Origin: Octopus bimaculoides
Taxonomy: Eukaryota
Length of the DNA stretch: 64,000 nucleotides
Direction: 5' to 3'
Assembly: GCF_001194135.2 (NCBI RefSeq)
Contig: NC_068984.1
Span: forward strand, 59,183,575 to 59,247,574
The translations under genes and the position numbers were made by a program. The notes below the pieces were generated by a model, which worked only from the letters and a program-made list of their open reading frames with translations, was not told the DNA's origin and searched no databases. Each line of letters begins with the position of its first letter. The first letter of the stretch is position 1. Positions 53,398 to 64,000 of this stretch are shown here, piece after piece.

Positions 53398-54526
53398 TAT
53401 AATTTTCTTTGTTCTACTATGGTAGCATGTTACCTGAAAATTTGGACATTCATAAATACAAATAAAATAAATTTTATAACTACAAGCAACAACTGTTTTT
53501 CAAGTAGCATATAGAATCTGTGGTCAGTACTCTAAATTCACAATCTATAGCCGTTTTAACTTATTAACAATTCGACAATTATTTGCTATCTGTTTCTAGC
53601 CACCATTAATATTCCTAATATTACTTGATACTAGTTTTGGCTGTATATTCTAACAAATATTTCTAATATTTTAGAAATAGAAAGTAGTATAATTGCCAAA
53701 ATCTCTAAAATCATGCACAAGCCTTACCTTAATGTAAAATTTAACTGATTCTGCTTGTAAGTTGTAAGCCTTCAATAGAAATAGGAAAGTGAATGGAATT
53801 TTATGGACATCAATGATGATGATGGTGGCTGTTCACTCATGAGTGAGGAAGATTGTCACTGATCATTGTCCATGCAGAATGCTAGCAATGCCCATTTATG
53901 AGGTCATTCTACCCACAGTTGGTTTCACCTGGGTTCACACCCATAGTTTCTATGCTTGTTATGGCACCCTCCTACTCAGCCAGGCATCAAAATGTTGCCC
54001 TACTGGTGATTTCACAACTTTAAATTTTAGGACCAATACAGCTTTCACAGCACCTCAGACCTCCACCTTACTGACATGATCCAGATACAAGCTAGGGCAA
54101 GATGTCCAGTGCCAATATGGGTCACAGGCTCAGGAATGTGGGAGCACCATGATCTCAAACACAAGCAAAAGATCCTCAAAATGTCCAATACCATTCCCTG
54201 CATATCTGGATTTACATCAGATTGAACTTCTTCTAGAAGTATGCTTTAACAAGTGCTGAGGGATACCTCACTCTCAATGATATTCCAATACAGCAGACAC
54301 CAACCTGGAATTTCTGGGTTGGTATTGACAGATCTTGTGTCCTGGTGGGTTTCTTGCAACCCTCCTCAACAGACAAGCCTAGTTAGGGTACTGAGTTAGT
54401 TACCAACAACCATACAATGCAACAGGTTGCTCTGAATTCCACTTTACCAGAATCATTCAGGAGTGACCACACAAGTGACCTGATATATTCATATATGTGT
54501 GTGTGTGTGTGTGTGTAATTATATAC

Positions 54527-54570
<44 letters not shown>

Positions 54571-55584
54571 GTATATGTATATATNNNNNNNNNNNNNNNN
54601 NNNNNNNNNNNNNNNNNNNNNNNNNNNNNNNNNNNNNNNNNNNNNNNNNNNNNNNNNNNNNNNNNNNNNNNNNNNNNNNNNNNNNNNNNNNNNNNNNNNN
54701 NNNNNNNNNNNNNNNNNNNNNNNNNNNNNNNNNNNNNNNNNNNNNNNNNNNNNNNNNNNNNNNNNNNNNNNNNNNNNNNNNNNNNNNNNNNNNNNNNNNN
54801 NNNNNNNNNNNNNNNNNNNNNNNNNNNNNNNNNNNNNNNNNNNNNNNNNNNNNNNNNNNNNNNNNNNNNNNNNNNNNNNNNNNNNNNNNNNNNNNNNNNN
54901 NNNNNNNNNNNNNNNNNNNNNNNNNNNNNNNNNNNNNNNNNNNNNNNNNNNNNNNNNNNNNNNNNNNNNNNNNNNNNNNNNNNNNNNNNNNNNNNNNNNN
55001 NNNNNNNNNNNNNNNNNNNNNNNNNNNNNNNNNNNNNNNNNNNNNNNNNNNNNNNNNNNNNNNNNNNNNNNNNNNNNNNNNNNNNNNNNNNNNNNNNNNN
55101 NNNNNNNNNNNNNNNNNNNNNNNNNNNNNNNNNNNNNNNNNNNNNNNNNNNNNNNNNNNNNNNNNNNNNNNNNNNNNNNNNNNNNNNNNNNNNNNNNNNN
55201 NNNNNNNNNNNNNNNNNNNNNNNNNNNNNNNNNNNNNNNNNNNNNNNNNNNNNNNNNNNNNNNNNNNNNNNNNNNNNNNNNNNNNNNNNNNNNNNNNNNN
55301 NNNNNNNNNNNNNNNNNNNNNNNNNNNNNNNNNNNNNNNNNNNNNNNNNNNNNNNNNNNNNNNNNNNNNNNNNNNNNNNNNNNNNNNNNNNNNNNNNNNN
55401 NNNNNNNNNNNNNNNNNNNNNNNNNNNNNNNNNNNNNNNNNNNNNNNNNNNNNNNNNNNNNNNNNNNNNNNNNNNNNNNNNNNNNNNNNNNNNNNNNNNN
55501 NNNNNNNNNNNNNNNNNNNNNNNNNNNNNNNNNNNNNNNNNNNNNNNNNNNNNNNNNNNNNNNNNNNNNNNNNNNNNNNNNNNN

Positions 55585-55624
<40 letters not shown>

Positions 55625-56373
55625 TGTACGTGTGTGTGTGTGTTGTGGGGTTGTGTTCCTGAAAACTTTGTAAATGACATGAAATTCCATTACATAAAAC
55701 CTATTTCCCCTTCCACTTTCATATTAAAAACTGCGATGTATTCCAACTGAATTCTTTTTCAGGAACCCAAAAATTAATACAACTATTTTTATGCATGAAA
55801 ATAACCATATTTAAACATTTAAAGTATAGTACAGTATACATGAAAGCATTTGAAAAGAAGATTAGGGAATAAATAAGAATAAACTTATAGCTTTCTTTTG
55901 AATGCCTTTCATGTTTATCTGTACATAATGTGCAGTTTGATCATCAATTCATATACTCAGGAGCCATTTATTTTTAAGTAACACACCAGACCTCTGAAAA
56001 AAAACAATGTCCGGGCAGGTAATGAAATAGTTACTCAAACACATGATGAAACTTTGTCTTTCTTGTCATGTAAGTGTTGCAAGGCTTAATATTTTTGAAT
56101 TGTGACTAAGTTTTCCTTCCAAATCAAACTTTTGTAAAAATAACTCATTTAACATCCAAAATAAATCCCTTTTGTGATTCCACTCTGCACTCTGCTTTCA
56201 CTTTTGAAATGTTAAAATTCATTTCAACAGTTGAAAGTTCAAAATGTTAGGTGCAAATAAAACATTATTGAATCTAAAAAGTAATACTCTTTCTCTCTCT
56301 CTCAAAAAATTGGAAGCTAACCAGTTCTATCCATCTGGAATTAGTTACAGCCACTTTTTTTTTTCTGTTAGGC

Positions 56374-56699
56374 CAGGGATTCTCAATCATCTTTTATCTA
56401 TGAACTCCTTTAATTATTATTTTATTCTGGTGGACTCCCATAGCCATTCAATGTTTAAAACTAGTTTTATAGAAGCTTTGAAATTCCTATTTTGTTTTTT
56501 CACACATTAACTTGTGTAGGTTGAACTATGTAAAATGTTAAAGAAGAAAATCTAGCTGTTTCTCGCAATACATACCAATTCATACATCTAAAGCAAAATT
56601 TCTTCAGGGACCATTAAAATACTATTGTCGATACCTAATTTATTATTTTGTTGTGTGGACCCCCAAAAATGTTATATGAACTTCAGCCGAGAACCACTG
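56374..56699 (-). mobile_element. hAT-type MITE, same family as 34841 in reverse orientation
   Basis: CAGGGATTCTCAA ... GAGAACCACTG; 8-bp flanks TGTTAGGC and TGTTAGGT; internal sequence is the reverse complement of the 34841 copy. Confidence 0.8.
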
Positions 56700-59511
56700 T
56701 GTTAGGTAGACAAAAAAGTGTCGTGCTTTAAGTCTTTTATAGGCTCTTCTAGACTATTGTGAATCATAGTCATATTGAAGCCTGTAAGAAAAATATGAGC
56801 GAGAAAAGAATTCCAGAATACTGCAGTTATGATGAGGTATCATTGGTAAGAATGTTTAGAAGGAGTCTTCAAGCAAGTAGAGGAGAGACATTATAAATCA
56901 GTTATGGGCAATCTAACAAAAAATTACATTGAATTTTTTTAGTAGAGTGGCCCATCTGATAATGATACATGTCTCATGCATCCCACTCCTTGAAAAAGGT
57001 TGCCCATGCCTGCTATAAATGATAAGAGATGTGGGCAGGGTAGAGCAGGAAGAGTAGCTCTCTTGACATTTTAGCAGGATCTCTGATACTGGTGTGGCAG
57101 GGAAAAGAAGAAATGACAAATCATGATATAACCTCAAACCACAATGAATTCTGAACAAACTCTGCTAAAGGCACCTAAATGTCAGACAGTGACATTAAAC
57201 TGGGCTACAGATTAGGTCTTTCACAAGTACAATATGACAGACTTCCATTGCTTCTATCTACCCAGTTTCATTCACAATGATTGGGGTTGACTTGAGGCTA
57301 TGGTAGATACCATTTGCACAAGGTGATATGTACTTGGAAAGCAAAGTTCTCAACTACACACTCATACCTGTGCCCATGGTTATTATACCACTTCATAGTT
57401 CAGAGAAGTAGAATCCATTGTAGTTGCAGTATAAGAGGCAGAAGGAAGTGCAATGAGGATAACAATATTTTACCAGTTAGTCAACACAATGAAACTTTCT
57501 TACACATCAATTTTGTACTAGTTGTAAAATGTTGATAAAATCAATGCAACAAATATTCTACCTTCCTACTAATTTCTTTGAACTTAATTAGAAAGACATC
57601 ATTAGAATACAATCTGCTATAATCACCCAAGGACATCTTTCTCTTTTAAATGCTAATTTTCTAATGTACTTCCTTTTGCCAATATTTCAGGCAGGAATTT
57701 GGTTAATCAGAGACTTTTACAGACATAGTTTGTCTAATTTAGAATATAGTGAGGAAATTTGTTAATGTAATTTAATGACCTGCTGTTTGCAGTGAATACA
57801 ACTGTGAATAAACCAAATATTAAAACATATTTACAATATAATGCACAACTGAAGAAAAGCAAACTCTTACAAATTTAGATCTTTGTGTTAATAAGAACTT
57901 ACATATAATAAAATTACTCCATTGTATGAGATGATCATTACCTTTAATTCAATAGAAAGAGCAGTACCCATGACCCTTCACAGAGCCTCTGAGACTGGTG
58001 GGAGAATGGAAAGAAGGTATCCTCAAACCAGAGACCTGGCCTGAATGCTTGCTATATTTTTTAAATGTAATAACTTATGCTTCAATATGAAAAGATTAGA
58101 GGGTTATTAACACTGCACGTTTCATCTTTCTTTGTTTAAAAAATGGACCCAGCTAGACTTGTTTGTCTAATATGCATAACAGTGCATATGCTGGCAACAT
58201 GGATTAATTCATTCATTCTTAGTGCACTATACATCATTTTTGGATAATATAATGTATGGTGATCATTTTAATAAGCATATTCCTCACTGTAAGAAATAAA
58301 CAAAATGGTTACTCTGCAGGTATTTATCTCTCTATGAGCAGAATAATTAAGAATCAGTCTGACAATTTATACTCTTTCTTTGATGAAACTCCAACAACAG
58401 TTGAAACTAGTCAGATCACCCTTACTTTTAGTGTCTATTAGAGATCAAATTTGTAGTATGACCAATTTATGTTTTACAGATACGTTCAAATTGTATGCTT
58501 ATTAAAAGATATACCTCACATTGCTTTACATTTAAATGCACTGAGAAGCACAATGAATTCATGCATTTGTGTGTGTGTGTGTTGGAGAGTACGTATATTA
58601 TGTATAAGCATCAATGTTTGTCTTGAGACGATGTTACCATTTCTCAATGTATGTTTTCTAAAATGTGCACACAGATAATGTATGTAGAAAAACATATCAG
58701 GTTTAAGGTTACCTTAGGATAAAACGGGGGAGTGTCAGAAAAAGAGATGGTGGAAGATTGAAAGTTGTAATGGAGGGGCAAGCTCTCCATTTCTATCTCT
58801 GCCTCATACAATTTTTTTTCCACACACACACACACACACACATACATCTCTTTCACTCATCTCTCTCTTAGATGACATTGTAGACAAAGTAAATATTTTT
58901 TTTTTAAAAACTATAGTTATTAAAAATTCTGATTTAAAAACTATATCTTCAAAATGTTAATATGCAGTTTCAAATATCATGGAAGGTAAAACAATTTATT
59001 TATTCTTTCACATTTAAATCTGTTTATATTTATAATGTCAAGCATAATGTTGACTGAGTTCTCAGTTTTTGCATAATGGTTTTTTCAACACAGTCTATGG
59101 TGATTTAATAAAAAATCCAACAAAACGTGGCAGTCCAAGCCAATGATAAAATTGTTAATCAGGTTGACTCTATTCTCAAAATTGAGTCACTTCATCAATA
59201 AATATCTCCTTGTTATTAATATTTCTAAATCTAGCTTTAAAATAATATCCTCAATTTAATATTCACAGACACGCACATGCACACACACGCACACATACAC
59301 ACACACATGTATGTGCATATATATACATATACACACATATACATATATATATATATGTACACACACACATACACACAGACATATTCTTTTATTTGCTTCA
59401 GTCATTTGATTGTGATATACACACATATAAGTATACATGCAGATATATATGTGCATGCACATATAGATAGACATATACAAACACACACATATATACATAT
59501 ATGTATATATA

Positions 59512-59547
<36 letters not shown>

Positions 59548-59568
59548 NNNNNNNNNNNNNNNNNNNNN

Positions 59569-59717
59569 CCCTTTGTCGCCAGCAGGGGTAAGAGCTCTCT
59601 AAACTTTGCCCAGGCTATTCTTATTCTAGCAGCTACACTTTCAGCGCACCCACCCCCACTACTAACTTGGTCGCCCAGATAGCGGAAGCTATCGACTACC
59701 TCTAGTTTTTCACCCTG
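59569..59717 (-). mobile_element. RTE-type LINE ORF2 fragment ([49 protein letters not shown])
   Basis: Uninterrupted reading frame between microsatellites, cut by an N-gap. Confidence 0.85.
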
Positions 59718-59746
59718 GAATATACATATATATATACTTGTGTATG

Positions 59747-59777
<31 letters not shown>

Positions 59778-59846
59778 ATGCATGTATTTATATATATATA
59801 TATATATATAAACACACATATATACATATATGTATACATGCATATA

Positions 59847-60966
59847 CGAGGTCTGATCAATAAGTATCCAGACTATTGCATAGTAATGAAGCTAAACCAC
59901 TCTGTAATAATGCTTCATTCAAAGTCATACATATAGTGAATTCTACACCAGGTTATTAGTATCACAATACTTAAGGAAAATATTAAAACATGATGATTAT
60001 ATAACATCTGGATATTATATAATCATCATCATTCAATGTCATATTTCCACTCTGGCATAGGATGGATTATTCAACAGGGACCATGAAGGAGAGGATCAAT
60101 AAGTATCCAGACTATTGCATAGTAATGAAGCTAAAGCCACTTGGCACAGACTGACCTTGAACTCTGCAGTGCATGCGCACTAAGTTTTAATGTTCTAACT
60201 CACTTCTGCTGTTTACAGCAGTGCTTAGAAAGGAAGGTGTGTAGAATTGGATCATCACATTGACCATGACAGAAAAAGTTGTCATGGCGACACCTGCTCA
60301 GAGGCCTACACAAAGTTGCAGAAAGTGTATAGAGGGGAGTGTATGAGCCACACACAAGTGTACGAGTGGTTCAGACGTTTCCAAGATGGCCGTAAAAATG
60401 TTGATATTGATGAACATTTTGTGAGACCCACAACCAACAGTACTGAGAAAAACATCACAGATGTGTGTGCAGTTGTGAGGAGAAATCTTCAAATCACCAT
60501 CCATGAGTTATTAGAGGATGTGCAAATTAGTTGCGGTTCAATTCAGTCCATTATCACTGAATATTTGGGTATGAGACGCGTGTCTGCCAAGTTTGTGCTA
60601 AAACTGCTTTCGGCTGACCAAAGAGATGTTTGGGTTTCAGTTGCACAAGATCTCCTTGATTGTATCCACAATGATGAAAACTTTTTGAAAATTTTGCAGA
60701 GGCCTCTGAGCAGGTATCGCCAAGCTTTTGTCAAAATTTAATGCTGATTCTCTGCTCAACTTTCTCTGTCAAAGTCAATGCGACACTCACATGCTACACA
60801 CTTTCCTTCCAAGCACTGCTGTAAACAGCAGAAGTGAGCTAGAATGTTAAAACTTTGTGCATGTGCACTGCATAGTTCAAGATCAATCTGTGCCAAACAG
60901 CTTTACTTTGCATGCTTTAGCTTCATTACTATAGCAACAGTCCAGATACTTATTGATCAGACCACA
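59847..60966 (+). mobile_element. Rearranged non-autonomous mariner element with an N-terminal transposase remnant
   Basis: TA-CGAGGTCTGATCAATAAGTATCC ... CTTATTGATCAGACCACA-TA. ORF 60247-60741 encodes the HTH region (TQVYEWFRRFQDGR) and linker VSAKFVLKLL and ends at NDENFLK, just before the first catalytic Asp. Confidence 0.9.
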
Positions 60967-61093
60967 TATATACATATATATATGTTTGTTATATGTCAAG
61001 TTATATAAGTTATATATAAAAAAAAAACACAATTTTGATATGAAACTGAAGGATTCAACACTTTTTAGGAGAGTAGATATTTATTAACTTTTT

Positions 61094-61212
61094 ATTAACA
61101 AGAAAAAAGTTGACAGTGACTTCAAAATTTAGGCTTGCTCACCTTTAACAGTCTGTTGAAAGTGAGGTAGCTGAAACTCGAAACTCACTGTCAATACTCT
61201 TTCCTTGTTAAT
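61094..61212. repeat. Imperfect palindrome of about 119 bp
   Basis: ATTAACAAG/CTTGTTAAT, TTGACAGTGA/TCACTGTCAA and CTCACCTTTAACAG/CTGTTGAAAGTGAG, centred at 61152. Confidence 0.8.
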
Positions 61213-61252
61213 GTGTATGTATATATATATTTATATGATATTTAAAAAAGAA

Positions 61253-61513
61253 ATGACAAAACAATAAATGATTATCTTATAAACTTTATTAGCTTACAGC
61301 TGTTTCTTCTATAAGATATGGTGGACTTATGATTGAGTGCCTGGGTAACACCTTACACTTTCATCAGAGCTTCAAACATGCAGATCGTGTTTGAAGCTCT
61401 GATGAAACTGTAAGGTGTTACTCAGGTACTCCATCATGAGTCTACCATATCTTATAGAGGAAACGGCTGTAAGCTAATAGAGTTCATAAGATAATCATTT
61501 ATTTCTTTGTCAT
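61253..61513. repeat. 261-bp palindrome (128-bp arms, 5-nt loop) with a hammerhead-like motif in each arm
   Basis: Manual pairing gives 115 Watson-Crick pairs, 8 G-U and 5 mismatches; loop CAGAT at 61381-85. Confidence 0.95.
61395..61475 (+). ncRNA. Candidate minimal type I hammerhead ribozyme (mirror copy on the - strand at 61291-61371)
   Basis: AGCT-CTGATGA-[stem II]-GAAAC-GGCT-GTA-AGCT; stems I and III pair as required, but the base of stem II is non-canonical. Confidence 0.45.
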
Positions 61514-61657
61514 CACTTTTTTTATTATCACTCTGTACTCAACTAATGCTTCATTCAGAGTCATGCATATAGTGAATTCTACACCAGGTTATTAGTATCA
61601 CAATACTTCAGCAAAATATTAAAACATGATGATTATATAACATCTGGATATTATATA

Positions 61658-61818
61658 ATCATCATCATTCAATGTCTACTTTCCACTCTGGCATAGGATG
61701 GATTCTTCAACAGGGACCATGAAGGAGAGGATTGTGCTAAGGTCCAGTGTCTGCTTTGGTATGGTTTCTACAGCTGAATACCCTTCCTAATGCCAACCAC
61801 TTTACAGAGTATACTAGG

Positions 61819-61820
<2 letters not shown>
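61658..61820 (-). mobile_element. Degenerate copy of the (GAT)n-tailed repeat family
   Basis: ATCATCATCATTCAATGTC...CTACAGCTGAATACCCTTCCTAATGCCAACCAC. Confidence 0.6.
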
Positions 61821-61853
<33 letters not shown>

Positions 61854-61916
61854 ATGATGGTGATGTTATATAGTATAGTCATTTGGTACATTAGTCCTTC
61901 TGCTAGAAGTAACAGT

Positions 61917-61949
<33 letters not shown>

Positions 61950-62094
61950 TTTGAAGTTAGATTTATCAGTTTGCTAATTCTCTGTGCCTACTTTAGAAAT
62001 GTGTGTGTGTGTGTGTGTGTGTGTGCGCGTAAAGGCAGCAGATTCATAAAGTCGTTAGAGTGACAATGTATCTTGCGATTTTTATTCTCAATCT

Positions 62095-62665
62095 CTATAG
62101 TCTTGAGTTCAAATCCTGCCAAGGTCACTTTTGCTTTTCGTCCTTTTGGGGGTCAAAAACCTAAGTGAGGTTCCTGTAATTGATTACTCCTCCCCACAAA
62201 TTTCTGGCCTTGTGTCTAAATTACAAATCATTTTTATTATTACTAGGTGAAAGTAACGTAATGCAGACTAAATGCATTACTGTATTTAGTTGTGTGTCTC
62301 TTCTACAGGTTGCTTTTCAAATCTCAGTGCTCTTTAAACTAATTAACTCTCAAATATAGTGGAATTGACTTAATCTATAATGACACTGCTTCATAAATTC
62401 AATGATGTTGCATAAATATAAGTGATCTTCATAATAATAATTATCCTAATAAAAATAATTCTCGCTAATTTTGGCACAAGGCCAGCAATTTCAAGATGAG
62501 GGTATAGGTTGATTACATCAATCCCAGTATTTTATTTTATCAATCCTGAAAGGATGAAAAGTAAAGTTGACCTCAGCTGAATTTGAACTTAGAACATAAA
62601 GACTCAGAAAAAATGCCACTAAGCATTTTGTCCATGTGCTAATGATTCTGGCAGCTCACTGCCTT
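62095..62665. mobile_element. Two 9167-type SINE copies in opposite orientation (62095-62230 +, 62467-62665 -)
   Basis: GAGTTCAAATCC...GCCTTGTG on + and its reverse complement (CACAAGGCC...GAATTTGAACTT) downstream. Confidence 0.6.
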
Positions 62666-63415
62666 AAACAATTATAATAATGATAATAATTTACTTATTT
62701 AGACATAAAAGTAGCAATTTTAGGGGAGGAAGTAGTCTAAAAATGCAGATTTAGGCATTGTCGATAAATAGTACCTTAGTGTGGTGATAGGCTCCTAGTA
62801 ACATAAATCTGTGATACAGATTCAATTCATAGTTAAGTTAATTTAATTCATTTTAGTCCACATATCTGTAATTTACAACCAAGGCGAGGAAGGGGATCCA
62901 TCAAGCTGTCTTAACAACAACACACTACTTGAAGACATGTGTTCAATCCTGATTGAGTTAACCTGTGATTAAAGGCATTCTATCCATGACCAACCTGTTT
63001 TTTAGGATTAGCTAGAATTACTATCTGATACGTTCTTGCCTATTTTATGATGCTCAGGTATGATTTCAGGGAGATTTGGCTGCTGTTTCTATAAGGTCAA
63101 GCAATTGCTTGGAAGCTCCTTGATAAGGTCGTATATGAAGGCATTGCTTTAAGTTTCAGTTTCTTAGATTACATTGATGTTATGTAACTAACACTTTTTG
63201 CTGCACAGTTATATAACTGACAAAACTCTGTGCAAATGGGTATTACAGAGTGGTGAAGTAAATCTCTTTCAGTATTTAACTTCATCCCTCTAAATTCAAA
63301 ACCCCATGGAGTTGACTTAACTTTCATCTTCTTCCACTAACAATCAGTAACATAAATACTAGCAATATACCAAGGTCAATTGTCAGTTCAAATTATTTAA
63401 ATTGTACATCTTGCG

Positions 63416-63487
63416 TCATAGTTATAACTTGCATCATAATTATCATAACTTGCATCATAATTATCATAACTTGCATCATAACTATCA
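63416..63487. repeat. 21-bp tandem repeat (about 3 units)
   Basis: (TCATAACTTGCATCATAATTA)-like units. Confidence 0.85.
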
Positions 63488-64000
63488 CTCTCAATACTAT
63501 ATCACTGACACCTTATTCCTTTGTACTATTAGACAGTATCACTAATATCACACCACACTACCCCAATGCTCTTCTGTTAAACAGACTATTATTTATCTTA
63601 TTTCCTAACAGGTAATCTTTTTCACCTCTTGCAAGCATAAATAGATAAACATTGTTTGGTTGAAACAATTCACACATTTCATTTTCAAAGTCATCTTATT
63701 TTAACAGGGAGCAGAGGAATCTCTGTTTTTATCCAATGTGGCCTAACATCTATTCAAAGAAAAGGCCTAGAAGGAATTCATAGATATATCATTGCTATGA
63801 ATGTGAAACAAATAAACCTATAAATACTCTTAATAATGATCATACATATAGACATGTGAGTGATTGCATGAATGGAGAGCTGGAGTAAATGCATTATGTT
63901 ATATAGTTTCATTCCTCGTGCTCTGAGTCCAAATCCTGCCACAGCTGTCTTTGTTATTTAGCACCTACCATTCAGTGTGATAAAATAAGTACTAGTTATG

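Noticed and set aside
54457-55750. ORFs of about 400 aa
   Set aside because: Almost entirely an N-gap translated as X.

Overview
AT-rich, microsatellite- and transposon-dense eukaryotic genomic DNA with N-gaps. The repeat complement (tRNA-derived SINEs, RTE-type LINE fragments, abundant (TA)n/(CA)n/(GA)n) resembles an octopod cephalopod draft assembly; this is an inference from remembered repeat sequences. The only host gene I can support is a + strand RZ/A-subfamily regulator of G-protein signalling (RGS17/19/20-like). It has four GT-AG, phase-consistent exons (23957-24031, 29101-29162, 30738-30904, 35569-35742); the expected cysteine-string exon is not visible. The rest is mobile DNA: RTE LINE pieces (one with a PHD-like finger), SINE families including a 9-copy head-to-tail array, piggyBac-like and hAT MITEs, a Helitron-like element, an LTR-like segment, an ORF1-only L1/Tx1-like retroposon and a rearranged mariner. 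The most unusual structure is a 261-bp palindrome (61253-61513) whose arms each carry a minimal type I hammerhead-ribozyme-like motif, one readable on each strand. Nearly all long ORFs in the supplied track are microsatellite or N-run artefacts.
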